Shown: positions 46,270 through 59,924 of the stretch, piece after piece
Layout of the letters: each line of letters starts with the position of its first letter
Position numbering within the stretch: position 1 is the first letter of the stretch
NCBI RefSeq assembly: GCF_018350175.1
Contig: NC_058373.1
Coordinates: forward strand, 108,564,001 to 108,628,000
DNA: 64,000 nucleotides
Origin: Felis catus
Lineage: Eukaryota
Direction: 5' to 3'
The notes under the pieces: generated by a model
Seen by the model: the letters and a program-made list of their open reading frames with translations, nothing else
Told to the model about the DNA's origin: nothing
Databases searched by the model: none
Translations under genes and position numbers: made by a program

Positions 46270-49200
46270 GTTGAATACATTCATTTGGCAGATTCCAGCT
46301 TTGCTGTAGGTAATATCCACACTTCAGTACCACCTCTACTTGGTACATATCCAGACTTGGGCTCCAAATTTGGCAGCTAATTTGTGATTTGTTTGTATTC
46401 TGTTCCAGATGACTCAAGTTGCAAAGTGAATAAATGACTAGAGTAATAGATATATGAGTGAATTGCATGATATGGTTAAAATTACTGAGCCATCTTCTGG
46501 TCCACTGTGTTTTCAGAGAAGAAAATTATAAATCATGGCTTAATGTTGCTCTTACTTGAATGTTTAATTCTTCAGCTTTTACAAATGATTCAGCATTTGG
46601 CTTTTCAGAGTTTTTTTTTTTTTTTTTTCTCATGGGTTAATGATTCTCAATTTCTCTGAAATGTTTTAGCCCATTTTTAATCCTATCAACATATTTGTTT
46701 TAACTGCAAGATAGCTTAGGATATGTAGTGGGTTGTTATACCTTAGAAAGAAATGAGAAACTTTCAGACTTGGAAGAAACCAGAGGTCCATTGAGTTGAC
46801 TGTTTTCCAAGCCATCTGAATGTGTGGGCAAAACTTCCCTAATGATTACAAGAGGATGAACCTTGCTAGGTTATAACTAATTTGACCAGGATGCCATTGT
46901 AAGGATAAGAACATGGAGGTCAAATTTCTTCACTAGACAGCCCTTTTCTTTGTCAGTGTTAGAGGTAGTTATGTTACTGAGGAGTAGCGTGTAGGTAAGG
47001 TGAGCAGTGTATTCCCCTATGCTCTGGCTTCTATCAAGAGGGATTTATTTTCTTTCCACACTTGGCCATTCTCCCAGCCCTCCTCACATATTACTTCTAT
47101 TAGCAGTTTGGCAACTTTAGAAAATGAGCTAGGTATGTTCAAGTGGCCATTCCTCCCTCTCTTGTTCCATACCAGGAATCAGTCTGCCCGTAGGGGCAAG
47201 CAGTCTGATGTGCTCCTCCATGCTATAGATTTATTGTGGTGCCTCCAACACAGGCTTCCAGTTTCAGTACTTCCCATGTCTGCATGGGCAGAGCTGTCGA
47301 ATCTGGGGATTCATTGTCATGAAACTCAGTATTGCCATACATACGCCATGTTCTCTGATAATTCTATCAAAAACAAAGCTGACATTTTGATTCTCATCTT
47401 TTTAGCTCCTCAGTCACTCTAGATTGTAAACTTGGGCAAGGAAACACGATATAATTGCTTGGATCTCTACAAACTCTAACATAAACTGTCTTACAGAGGT
47501 GCAGTAATCTTCAGTATATTGGCTGTAGAAGGATCCCAGACTTCTCCAAATGTCAGCATCTAAGGATTGAATAGAGACCTCTGCGATCATTTTTCTCATT
47601 CCTCTGCTTCTGGGCAGCTTCATGGCCAGCAACGTGCTGAGAAGAGATGCCTGCTTTGAAAGCTCTGGGTTCATCTAATGCTCTACTACCAGGGAATGGC
47701 TGTAGCGTGTAGTCAAATAGGCAATTTGGAGTGGGTACTAGAGAAAACACTCCTTTCTGTCCTGGGTTTGTTGCTGTCTCCAGCTGAGGGCTCCTGGGAA
47801 ACTTGGTTTGCTTTGATTATAACCCTTACCTACTGGCCCTTTTAAAGGTTTTATGCACTGTTTTATACTCAGTTTGTGTATAGTGATAATGAACCCTGGC
47901 CTAGTTGGCATGCTATTCAATTATTGACGCCACACAGTCTCCCATTCCTTTCTGACTAGAAAGTCAGTCAGAAAACCAAAAAAAGGTAGACTGATTTCAA
48001 GTGAACAATTCCAGCAATCACATGAATCAGAATTAGAAAAAGGTAGAGTGTCATATCTGCCGATTCCAAAACATGGATGTTTTTAGAGTTATTTCTCAAG
48101 TTAGGAGGCACCCCCAATCATCTTTTAAATATTCCGTTAACTCTGAAATAATATTGAAATATTTAAAATAGCTTTTTTATCTTGTGTGATTAAAGAAGAA
48201 ATATATGTATACTGAAATCAGAAAATTTATTAGCATGAAGCAAATAGAGAATCAGCAATCCTACCACACAGATAGTCACTGATAGTATTGATGCATTTTT
48301 CTGTACTTCTTTGCTATACACACACATGCTCACTTTGGAGGGCTTATTCCATACACACAGTTTTGTAACCTATTTTTTTCTGTGACCTAATTTTAATGTT
48401 TATCCTGATAGACAACCTCAAGCACATTTCTGTGTATCAAGATAAAGCTGGAAATAGGCAGCCACAGAATTAATGTTTCCTGAAAAGAGGCTCAGCCTCT
48501 GGTGTTTGATGAAGCTCACTCACAGTGTGTGGTGACAGGGGAGCTAAGTCTCAGGATGAGAATCACTGAAGCAAATACCAATTTGGACAAGATAGATAAA
48601 GGGATGTTGTCAGAGGGACTGCCCTCTCAAAGATAATTAAATCTTTCCAGAGGTTAATCTGGCCAACCAGCATAATACCTAGAGATGAAAAACCTTTCTT
48701 TCATTGTCACCGAACAGCTGTCAAACACAAGTGATAAGAAGGTGGAGAAAATGAGTGATAATTGGAGCTTGAGGATCTGTGTTATAAGTTTCAGTGACAG
48801 TGCTGGCATTACCCTAGAACTCTCTTGTCAGCAAATGAGATCTTCCTGTGCACACACCAATCAATTTACTTCCTGCAGCCCTTGTCCCAGTCAGGGCTGT
48901 AGAACAAGGCTGAAAGCACACAGTTTTGGCTGCTTCAGAACCCTGCCTAAATTGTAGTAGTGTTAGCAGTACCAGTTAGAAACCGTCCAAGGCAGAGGGG
49001 GTTTTCATGAACAGACCATGATTCCTTTTTCCCTTAACGACTAAGTGATATAATAAAAGGAATATAGTAAAATACACACAATTGTTTTGTGCAAACAGTA
49101 TCAGTTATGTTTGTTCTGATTCTTCAGAAGTACCTAAAATAACTGGAGGCTTGGCTGAAATTCATTTTTTACTTTCTAAACGCTGCCTTATATCTAGAAA

Positions 49201-49567
49201 TAAATGAAATAATTTAAGTGATATTTTAACTATAAATATAACATATAGTAAATAGACACATATTTAAAAATTCAAAAAGTGTGGGAGGATATAAAATGAA
49301 AAGTAATTCTTCTTTACCTTCCTCAGAGATTACAAGGCACTGTCCATAGGTAAGCACTATTTTTCGCATGGATCTTTTTCCCCCCAAGATTGTATTTAAA
49401 TACAAGTTAGTTAAAATACAGTCTAGTATTGGTTTCAGGAGTAGAATTTAATGATTTATCACTTACATGTAACACCCAGTGCTCATCCCAGCAAGTGCCC
49501 TCCTTAATGCCCATCACCCATTTAGCCCATCTCCCCCCACCCCCACCCTCCAACAACCCTCAGTTTT

Positions 49568-49780
49568 CTTTTTTTTTTTTTTTTTAACATTTATTTATTT
49601 TTGAGACAGAGACAGAGCATGAATGGGGAGGGTCAGAGAGAGGGAGACACAGAATCCAAAGCAGGCTCCAGGCTCTGAGCTGTCAGCACAGAGCCCGACG
49701 CGGGGCTTGAACTCACGGACTGCAAGATCATGACCTGAGCCGAAGTTGGACGCCCAAGTGAATGAGCCACCCAGGCGCCC
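49568..49780 (-). mobile_element. Can-SINE nested in L1
   Basis: TSD aaccctcagttttct. Confidence 0.96.
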
Positions 49781-49885
49781 TGTAACCCTCAGTTTTCTAT
49801 ATTTAAGATTCTCTTATGGTTTGCCTCTTTCTCTGTTTTTATCTTATTTTTTCCTTCTCTTCTCTTATGTTCATCTGGTTTGTTT

Positions 49886-50110
49886 CTTTTTTAAAAAATT
49901 TTTTTTTCAACGTTTATTTATTTTTAGGACAGAGAGAGACAGAGCATGAACGGGGGAGGGGCAGAGAGAGAGGGAGACACAGAATCGGAAACAGGCTCCA
50001 GGCTCTGAGCCATCAGCCCAGAGCCTGACAAGGGGCTCGAACTCACGGACCTTGAGATGGTGACCTGGCTGAAGTCAGACGCCCAACTGACTACGCCACC
50101 CAGGCGCCCC
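49886..50110 (-). mobile_element. Young Can-SINE nested in L1
   Basis: TSD catctggtttgtttctt. Confidence 0.96.
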
Positions 50111-50264
50111 CATCTGGTTTGTTTCTTAAACTCCACATATGAGTGATATCGTATGGTATTTTTCTTTCTCTGTTTTATTTCACTTAGCATAATACACTCA
50201 GGTTTCATCTATGTCATTGCAAATGGCAAGATTTCATTCTTTTTGATGGCTGAGTAATATTCCA

Positions 50265-50266
<2 letters not shown>

Positions 50267-50312
<46 letters not shown>

Positions 50313-50316
50313 CACA
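50267..50316. repeat. (TG)n(CG)n(CA)n alternating purine-pyrimidine tract
   Basis: tgtgtg...tgtgcgcgcgcacac. Confidence 0.95.
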
Positions 50317-52084
50317 CCACTTTTTCTTTATCCATTTATCAGTCAATGGACATAGGGACATTTGGGCTTTTTCCATAATTTGGCTTTTGTTGATAGTGCT
50401 GGTGTAAACATTGGGATGCATGTGCCCCTTCAAATCAGTATGTTTATATCCATTGGATAAATGTCTAACACTATAATTGCTGGGTCATAGGGTAGTTTTA
50501 TCTTTAACTTTCTGAGGAACCTCTATATTGTTTTCCAGAGTGGCTACACCAGTTTGCAGTCCCACCAACAGTGCAAGAGGGTTACACTTTCTCCATATCC
50601 TCGCCAACATCTATTGTTTTCTGAGTTGTTAATTTTAGTCATTCTGACAGGTGTGAGATGGTATCTCATTGTGGTTTTGATTGTATTTCCCTGATAAGTG
50701 ATGTTGAGCATTTTTTCATGTGTCTGTCAGACATTTGTATGTCGTCTTTGAAGAAGTATCCCTTCATGTGTTTGGCCCATTTCTTAGCTGGGATATTTGT
50801 TTTTTGGGTGTTGAGTTTGATAGGTTCTTTATAGATCTTGGATGTTAGCCCTTTACCTGATATGTCATTTGCAAACATATTCTCCCATTCCATTGGTTTC
50901 TTTTTAGTTTTGTTGATTGTTTACCTTGCAGAAGCTTCGTATCTTGATGAGGTCTCAATAGTTCATTTTTGCTTTTGTTTCCCTTGCCTCCAGAGACATG
51001 TCTAGTAAGAAGTTGCTGTGGCCAACATCAAAGAGGTTGCTGCCTGTGTTCGCCTCTAGGATTTTGATGGTTTCCTGTCTCACATATAAGTCTTTCATCC
51101 ATTTTGAATTAATTTTTGTGTATAGTGTAAGAAAGCGCTCCAGTTTCCTTCTCTATGTTGCTGTCCAGTTTTCCTAGCACTATATGTTGAAGGGGCTTTT
51201 CCCCCCTATTGGACATTCTTTCCTGCTTTGTTGAAGATTAGTTGACCATATAGTTGTGGGTCCATTTCTGGGTCTTCTCTTCTGTTCCATTGATCTATGT
51301 GTCTGTTTTTGTGCCAGTACCATACTCTCTTGATGATTACAGCTTTGTAATACAGCTTGAAGTCTGGAATTGTGATTCCTCCCACTTTGTTTTTCTTTCT
51401 CAAAATTACTTTAGCTATTTGGTATCTTTTTTAGTTCCATACAAATTTTAGGATTGTTTGTTCTAGCTCTGTGAAAAATGCTGGTGTTGTTTTGATAGAG
51501 ATTGCATTGAATGTAGATTGCTTTGGGTAGTATTAACATTGTTAACAAAATTTGTTTTTTCCAATCCATGAGCATGGGATGTTTTTCCATTTCTTTGTGT
51601 CATCTTCATTTTCTTTCATAAGCTGTCTATAGTTGTCAGCATACAGATCTTTCACCTCTTTGGTTAGGTTTATTCCTAGGTATCTTACGGTTTTTGGTGC
51701 AATCATAAATGGGATTGATTCCTTGATTTCTCTTTGTGCTGCTTCCTTATTGGTGTACAGAAATGCCCCCAATATCTGTACATTGATTCTGTATCCTGTG
51801 ACTTTGCTGAATTGCTGTCAGTTCTACAAGTTTTTTGGTGGAGTCTTTTTGGGTTTTCCACATAGAGTATCATGTTGTCTGTAAATAGAGAAAGTTTGAC
51901 TTCTTCCTTATCAATTTGGATGCCTTTTATTTATTTTTTTTTGTTATGTGGTTCCTGAGGCTAGGACTTACAGTACTGTGTTGAGCAGCAGTGGTAAGAG
52001 TGGACATCCCTGTTGTGTTCCTGACCTTAGGGGAAAAGCTCTCAGTTTCTCCCCATTGAAGATGATATTAGCTGTAGGTGGGGC

Positions 52085-52303
52085 TTTTTTTTTTTTTTTA
52101 ATCCACATTTATTTTTGAGAGACAGAGTGAGACAGAGCACAAGTGGGGGAGGGGCAGAGAGAAGGAGACACAGATTCTGAAGCAGGCTCCAGGCCCTGAG
52201 CAAGTGTTCAGCACAGAGCCTTATGTGGGGCTCGAACCCATGAACCGCGAGATCATGACCTGAGCCGAAGTCGGTCACTTAACCAGTGGCCACCCAGGCA
52301 TCC
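52085..52303 (-). mobile_element. Can-SINE nested in L1 ORF2
   Basis: Full body; TSD tagctgt(a/g)ggt. Confidence 0.94.
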
Positions 52304-55300
52304 CTAGCTGTGGGTCTTTTGTATATGGCCTTTATGATGTTGAGGTATATTCCTTCGGTCCCTACTTTCTTGAGGGTTCTTATCAAGAAAGGATGCTTTA
52401 TTTTGTCAAATGCCTTTTCTGTATCTATTGAGATAATCATATGGTTCTTATTCTTTCTTTTATAAATGGAGTGTATCACATTGATTGACTAATACTGAAC
52501 CACGACTTGATTGTGGTAAGTGATTCTTTTAATGTACTGTTGGATGGTATTTTTGCTAGTATTTTGTCGAGAAACTTTGTGTCCATGTTCATCAGGAATA
52601 TTGGCTTGTAGTTTTCTTTTTTAGTGGAGTCTTTGGTTTTGGAATCAGGGTAATGTTGGCTTCATATAATGAGTTTAGATGTTTTCCTTCCATTTTTACT
52701 TTTTGTAGTAGTTTGAGAAGAATACGTATTAGTATTAACTCTTCTTTAAATGTTTGGTAGAATTCCCCTGGAAAGCCATCTGGCCCTAGATACTTGTTTG
52801 TTAGGAGATTTTTGATTACTGATTCAATTTCTTCATTGGTTATAGGTCTGTTCAAATTTTCTATTTCTTCCTATTTCTGTTTTGGTAGTTTATATGTTTC
52901 TAGGAATTTATCCGTTTCTCCCAGATTGTCCAATTTGTTGGCATATGATTGCTCCTAATATGCTTTGTAATTGTATTTCTGCAGTGTTGGTTGTGATCCC
53001 TCTTCTTTCATTTGTGATTTTATTTATTTGGATCCTTTCTCTTTTTGTAAGTCTGGCTAGGGGGTTATTAATTTTGTTAATTCTTTCAAAGAACCAGCTT
53101 TTAGTTTCATTGATCTGTTCTTTTTTTATTTCTATATCCTTGATTTCTGCTTTAATCTTTATTATTTTCCTCTTATGCTAGTTTTGGGCTTTATTTCCTG
53201 TTCTTTTTCCAGCTGCTTTAGGCGTAAGGTTAGGTTGTGTACTTGAGACTTTTCATCCTTCTTGAGTAAGGCCTGAATTGCCATATACTTCCCTATAATG
53301 GCAACTTTTGCTGCGTTGCAAAGGTTTTGGATTGTTGTGCTTTCATTTTCATTTGCTTCCATGTGTTTTTTAAAATTTATTCTTTAATTTCCTGGTTAAC
53401 CCATTCATTCTTTAATAGGATGTTCTTTAACCTCCATATATTGGTGGTCTTTCCAAATTTTTTCTGTGGTTGACTTCAAGTTTCATAGTGGTCTGAAAAT
53501 ATGCATGGTATGATCTCACCTTTTTGTATTGGTTGAGGCCCGATTTTTGGCTCAGTATGTGATGTGTTCTGGAGAATGTTCCATGTGCACTCAAAGAATG
53601 TATATTCTGCATTCGGATAAATTTTCTGAATACATTGTTAAGTCCATCTGGTCCAGTGTGTCCTTCAAAGCCACTGTTTCCTTGTTGATCTTATGCTCAG
53701 ATGATCTGTCTATTGTTGTAAATGGGGTGTTGTAGTCCCCCACTGTTACTCTATTATCATCAATGTGTTTGTTAATAATTGATTTATATATTTGGCTGTT
53801 CAAGTTGGGGGCATAAATATTTACAATTGTTAGATCTTCTTGTTGGGTAGACCTCTTTCTTATGATATATTGCCCTTCATCTCTTATTACAGTCTTTATT
53901 TAAAATCCAGTTTGATATAAGTATGGCTACTCCAGATTTCTTTTGATGTCAGCATGATAAATGGTTCTCTACTCACTTTCAATCTGGAGATGTTTCTGGG
54001 TCTAAATGAGTCTTTTGTAAACAGTGTATCGATGGGTCTTGTTTTTTTTTCTTTTTTTATTCATATACCCTATGTCTTTTGATTAGAGCATTTAGTTCAT
54101 TTAAATTCAGAGTAATTATTAATAGATATGAATTTGGTGCCATTGTATTACCTGTAAAGTTGCTCTTCCTGTAGATTGTCTCTATTCTTTTCTAGTCTTT
54201 GTTGCTGTTCTCTTTCCTGCTCAGAGGGTCCCCTTTACTAATTTTTGCAGAGCTGGGTTAGTATTCACCAACTCCTTTCATTTTTGCTTGTTTTAGAAAC
54301 TCTTTATCTCTCCTTCTATTCTAAATGACAGCCTTGCTGGATAAAGTATTCTTGGCTGCATATTTTTTTTTTCCTATTTAGCATGTTGAATATATCATGC
54401 CACTCCCTTCTGGCCTGCCATGTTTCTGTGGACAGGTCTGCTCCAACTTTGTGTCTACCCTTGTAGATTTAGGACCTTTGTCCCTATCTGCTTTCAGAAT
54501 TCTCCTTATCTTTGTATTTTGCAAGTTTCACTATGCTATGTCTTGATGTTGACCTGTTTTTATTGATTTTTGGGGGTGTTCTGTGTGCCTCATGGACTTG
54601 AATGTTTGTTTCCTTCTCCAGATTAGGAAAGTTCTCAGCTATAATTTGTTCAAATAAACCTTCTGTCCCTTTTCCCCTTCTCTTCTTGGACTCCTATGAT
54701 ATGTGTATTATTGCACTTTATAGAATTGCTTATTTCCCCTCAGTTTGTAGTTGTGGTCTGTCAGTTTTCTTTCCCTATATTTTTCAGCTTCATTATTTTC
54801 CATAATTTTATCTTTCTGTCACCTATTTGATCCTTTGATTTCTTCCATCCTCATTGTAATTACATCCAGTCAATTTTGCATTTTAGTTATAGCATTTTTA
54901 ATTTTAGCCTGACTAGGTTTTAGGTCTTTGATCTCTGAAGCAAGGCTTTCTCTGGTATCTTCTATGCTTTTTTCAAGCCCAGCTAGTATTCTTATGACTG
55001 TTGTTATAAATTATTGTTCAGATATATTAATATCTGTTTTGAGCAAATCCATGGCTCTGGTTTCTTCTTCATCTTTCTTTGAGGGGGATGGGGGAGAATT
55101 CCTCGGGCTTGTCATTTTGTCTCGGTTTCTGTCTTTTACATGTTATGAAAACTTTTTGTGTTTCCTACTCCTGAGTATAATGGCATATTAAGAACTGTAC
55201 AGGGCCTGGTGCTTCAGGAAGTGTTTCTGGTGTATGCGTATGTATGCTGCTATTGTGGTTTGGCTGCTCTTTCTCCCAAGTCAGTCCTCTGCAGAGTTTC

Positions 55301-55495
55301 TACTTGCTTGCAGTGGAGAATGTTTGGATCTTTAACTAGGTGTGCTTTGCTTTGTTTGTTAAAATACACCTGATTTAAAAAAAAAAAAAAACCTTATCCA
55401 AAAAGAGAGAAAAAGAAAGGGAACAATGACAACAACAACAACAAAAACCCAGACAAGAAACTGTAAGTCTGATTCCAAAGAAAAAGCAAAAAGGA

Positions 55496-55531
<36 letters not shown>

Positions 55532-57719
55532 AAAGAAAAAGAAGCCTCATCCAAAACAAATGAGAAAAGTAAACAAGAAACCAAAAAACTGTAAGCCTGA
55601 TACCAAAAAACCCCTAAAAAACAAAACAATCTGGTCCTATTTCTGCCAGAACTGAGGCTGATGCTTTGGAGCACTCTGTGATCAGTAGACTGGGTGCATG
55701 CCACTTTGGGGGGTGGGGGCAGCTCTGGCCGTCTTGGGGAGAGGTCTGCAGCACTGACTCATAATCAGACCTGCTCTAGTAAAGATGTCCCTGTAGGGTG
55801 CAGGGGGGCAGGGTTTGATGTAAGCGGCTCCAGCCTTCACTGAGGGTACTGTGTTGCTTGTTGAAGTCTGACTTGGTGGGCGGGGGGAAGATGGTGTTGG
55901 CCCACTTTCTAATGCCTGGGTAGGGAAGTTGGTGCCCGCCTCTGTTCAGGTAGCCCTCAGAGACAAGTGAACAATCTCCCCTCCTGTGTTCCAGGCTTCC
56001 TTGAGCTTTCTGTGTCTGGGGCCAGCAATATGCCTGGTGCCAGAGCTCTCCTGTGTTTTATCCCTGGTGTATAACGGATTCAAAACTACAAATCATAAAG
56101 GACCCGGCAAAGCATGGACCCGCTCCCCCTTCCTGGAGGAGAGCCTTGCAGTGCTGTGCCTGGCACCATGCTGTCCTAGAAAAGCCACTGCATAGCTGCA
56201 CAGGTACCTGGAGTTTACAGGTGAAAAGCTGCGACCAGGTTATCTGCCCTTTGCTGGTGCCTCTGTACCCTGCTGTTGAATGGCCGCTCAAAGGCGCCAG
56301 CTGGGTCTTTTGTCCTTGGAGAGGCAATATACCCTCCTCCAAATCTACTCCAGGAAAAGGAATGTTATCTCCTAGAGCCACGCCAGGGATCCCCATACCA
56401 CACTGTCTGCTCTCAGGCTTCCCTTCCTTCTCCCCAGAAGCACTGCTACCCTCCCAGGTCTAATACAGCATATGGCACTTCCAAAAACTCAGAATTTCAA
56501 CTCCACTGTTTGCAGAAACTTGCCATATTCAGTTCATTATAATTACCCCGTCAGTGATTTGGGGGGGAGTGCTTTTCTTACCAAACCCAACTACTCTCAC
56601 CCCACCCCTCTCTCCTCTCTGTGAAAAGGGCTCCCACCCCTCTGTAGCACTGAGGCATTTCTCTCCCCCAGTTCCCCTCTCTGCACGTGTACCTATCATG
56701 TGTTTTCCCTCAAATTATGCAGGTTGTTCTCTTAATCCTCAAATTGATTTCCTAGGTGCTCAAAATAATTTGATATTGATCTAGCTTCAGGGATCAGAGG
56801 AGGAGACAAACCCAGGAGCCCCTTCCTACTATGAAATCTTAACTCCTCCCCTCATGTATCTTTAAAACAATAACTCTATTACATTATTCTATTTCTTTAG
56901 TACCTTAATACTACTTTAGATGGTTTCCTTTAGCTCTAATCAGTATCAGTTTGTCAAATATTGCTTCATATTTTAAAATGTACTCATTGGGGGAATCAAA
57001 TTGGACATATCCTATCCCCCCTCCACCATATTTTGCCTCTCTGAGGATACTTCAGACAAATGCTATAGTTTTGACTCTTTTAATTGTAAGAATGGTCTCT
57101 TGGCAACTGTCACTTGGTTTGAAGCATTAAATTCTTCCCAAGTCTAAATACAAACTTGAGTCTCATATCTAATTTCTAGTTTATGTCCTCCCTACCAATC
57201 TTGGGCCATAGTCATTCCTAGAAAAAGGAGTATGGAAGGGAGGAAAGATGGCATAGTCATGGTCTTCAGTTTTCGTCTCTTTTCTCTACTTCCCATTCTA
57301 GTACTTGGAGAGGAGAGGAGATTTGATAAGCAGCAAAATGTTTTATTTTTTTCTCTAGTCCTTCCGTTAAGATTCTGTCTTGGCTGATACTGGCTGAACA
57401 AAGTCCTTTGTGGCTGGTTCTTTGTGAGATGAGTATTCCCTGACATGGGCAAGGCAAATTCTGGCAGAGATGACCTGTGTCTCTCTTCCTTGCTCTATAT
57501 TTGTCTTGCCTCTGGTGGTACCCACATAGTAATTCTCTTTTCCAATTGGCCTTCTCTCTATCGGTTGTAGGTGGTTGATGAGGTGATGGTCTCTGCAGAA
57601 TGTTATTAGTCCTGTAGAAATGTGTTTATCAGTTCTTCCTTAAAATACACTTAATGGACTGTTACCTTCAATGTGGGATCTTTAGCAAAATTGTGAGATA
57701 GTAAGAAAAGTCCTATTCT

Positions 57720-57929
57720 GGGGCGCTTGGGTGGCTCAGTCGGTTAAGCGTCCGACTTCGGCTCAGGTCATGATCTCACAGTCTGTGGGTTCGAGCCTGC
57801 ATCAGGCTCTGTGCTGACAGCTCAGAGCCTGGAGCCTGCTTCTGATTCTGTGTCTCCCTCTCTCTCTGCCCCTCCCCTGCTCATGCTCTGTCTCTCTCTG
57901 TCGCAAAAATAAATAAATAACATTAAAAA
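57720..57929 (+). mobile_element. Can-SINE
   Basis: TSD aaaagtcctattc. Confidence 0.97.
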
Positions 57930-57964
57930 AAAAGTCCTATTCAAATATTAAGTTGAATAAGTGT

Positions 57965-58140
57965 CTTTGAGTCAGATAAAGCTGAATTCTTATCAGATCT
58001 GTACTATATTACTAGCGTAAGTGACTTCATCTCTCTGAGTCTTTGTTTTCTATTGATAAAATGGATATGAGGAAATGCCTGACCTTAGTGGGAATGCAAC
58101 AAAATGTGCTTGTGATCTTAAATATTATATAAAGATGCAA
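57965..58140. mobile_element. MIR
   Basis: gagtcagataaagctgaattc...aagtgacttcatctctctgagtctttgttttctattgataaaatgga. Confidence 0.75.
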
Positions 58141-59924
58141 GTGATGAAGAAGAACATTTGAGTGATTAACTTTGAGATGGGAATAGTGATGAAAAAATGT
58201 TACCAAATTGATAAATACAAACATATATATTTGGAGAGAAACAGAAAATCACTGGTTCACATCCCAAAATAACTCAGCTTTGGGAGAGTCTCCAAAGTTT
58301 CTTTTCCAGCAGTTGATACTAAAATGAAATTACGGAATGCTTTTCCTTGGGATTAGAAGGTAGCATATAGCCTAGCTTGCAGTTTTCTTATTCTATAATG
58401 AAAAACTTAATTATTTTTACGTAATGAAAACTCTAAAAGTTAGAATGACCTTTCTGTCTTAGGCTTTGATATAAATAGCTTCTTGATACATTTGTAAGGG
58501 AAATAACGTGACTGAATGTGAGAAGAGAGAGAAGAAAATAGAGGTTAGCAATATAATTCAGACGGCGGGTGGTAGTTTTTTTGTGTTGTTTTTTATTTTT
58601 GTTTTTGTTTTTTTTTGATTCACACAGTGTCCTAGAACAGTATTGGAAGTACTTAGCCTGAGATCACTTAACCCTGATCCCAAACATCCATCTTTGTTCT
58701 AAGAGGTCTCACTGGAAAGGAAGGGAGTTGTGTACTTCCTCTGGAAAAAGTGATTGAAGAGCCATAGGCAGTATTATTTAACTGTCTTCTGAAAGACAAA
58801 AATATAGTTTGACTAGACACTAAAAGTCCTTATTTGCTCTGTGCCTGAAGGATTTGAGAATACTCTGCAAGTGGCCATTGTTAGAACAAAAGAAAGGCCA
58901 GAAGAGATTATCTGCAATAAAGCTTTTTGTGATCCCACCTTAACTCACCAACCTCCTCCAGTTGTTACCTCCCCTGCAGTAATTCTCTCTCAAGGCACTT
59001 AAACACTCAAGACTGACCACAATTATTTTTCCTTTGCTAAGCCCTTGAAGGCAGGGTGTTTCTTATTCATTTTCTTTTTTTATGAGCCAGGTCTCACCAC
59101 ACATGTTTACAAAATAAGGTCAAAGTTTTATTTTCCCACAGTACAAAACTTGGTGTTTTTTGTTCCACTGTGTTTATGACCACAAAACTAAAGAACTCAG
59201 CAAGCTAAATTATTCTAGCAGATTCTTATTAGAAGGGAAAGGAGTGTCTTTAGTTATAAAATGAGAACATGATCGTTGAAGTATATTCTTGGACTTGGGA
59301 GACATTCTTGCTTTTGAAAGAATGGATTGTGCTCAGAGGTAGGATTATGCTACAAGGGCCAGTGGGCCACTTTTTTCCCCTCACTGGAATTTGTGGGAGA
59401 TCCTGGCCAAGGTGTCCATAAAAGTGGACTCAGAGTCAGATGCCTCAACATCCCTATCTTCATTCCTCATTGATTTCATCCAGTATACAGTTTTTGTGGA
59501 TTCACAGGTGCTATCTCTTAATCTACTCCTCTCTCATCCCTAAATGAACATGGGATACTCTTGCTCACATTCACAGTGATCTTTGATTCCAAGAAGGGAG
59601 ATACGGATCCTACTTTTCTTCCTCTTAACATTAAATCTCCACTAGTGATAAGACACCAGTGGGTTAAATGTGGTAGATTCTGTGCCAATGAGCCATTTGC
59701 CTGGCTGCAACATGTGGCATTTGTCAGCTATTTAGTTCACCATTAATATTTACTGAGAATAATGCCAGAGCCTGAGAAAATTCAAAGCTGAATGAGACCT
59801 GCTTCTAACCCAAAGGGTTGAGGAGTTGACATCAGACTGTGTCTGGAGGTGAAATCTGTTGTCTTCCTCACTCCATTAGGCTTTTAGCCCCTTGGAGACC
59901 TGTCTGAATATGTGTAAATTTTAT

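Larger units (their letters stand above)
49381..56852 (-). mobile_element. Essentially full-length but inactive carnivore L1 (5'UTR, ORF1, ORF2, 3'UTR) with three nested SINEs
   Basis: Colinear ORF2 peptides (VGDYNTPFTTIDRSS endonuclease; [65 protein letters not shown]); TSD catg(g/t)atcttt at 49367 and 56853; many stops and frameshifts. Confidence 0.96.

Noticed and set aside
47414..47674. 86-aa minus ORF MNPELSKQASLL... with protein-like composition
   Set aside because: An in-frame stop sits immediately before the ATG, I recognise no homology, and there is no supporting exon structure. A BLAST search would settle it.
50209..53803. L1 ORF2 peptides as an active retrotransposon CDS
   Set aside because: Broken into many short frames and interrupted by a SINE; non-functional.
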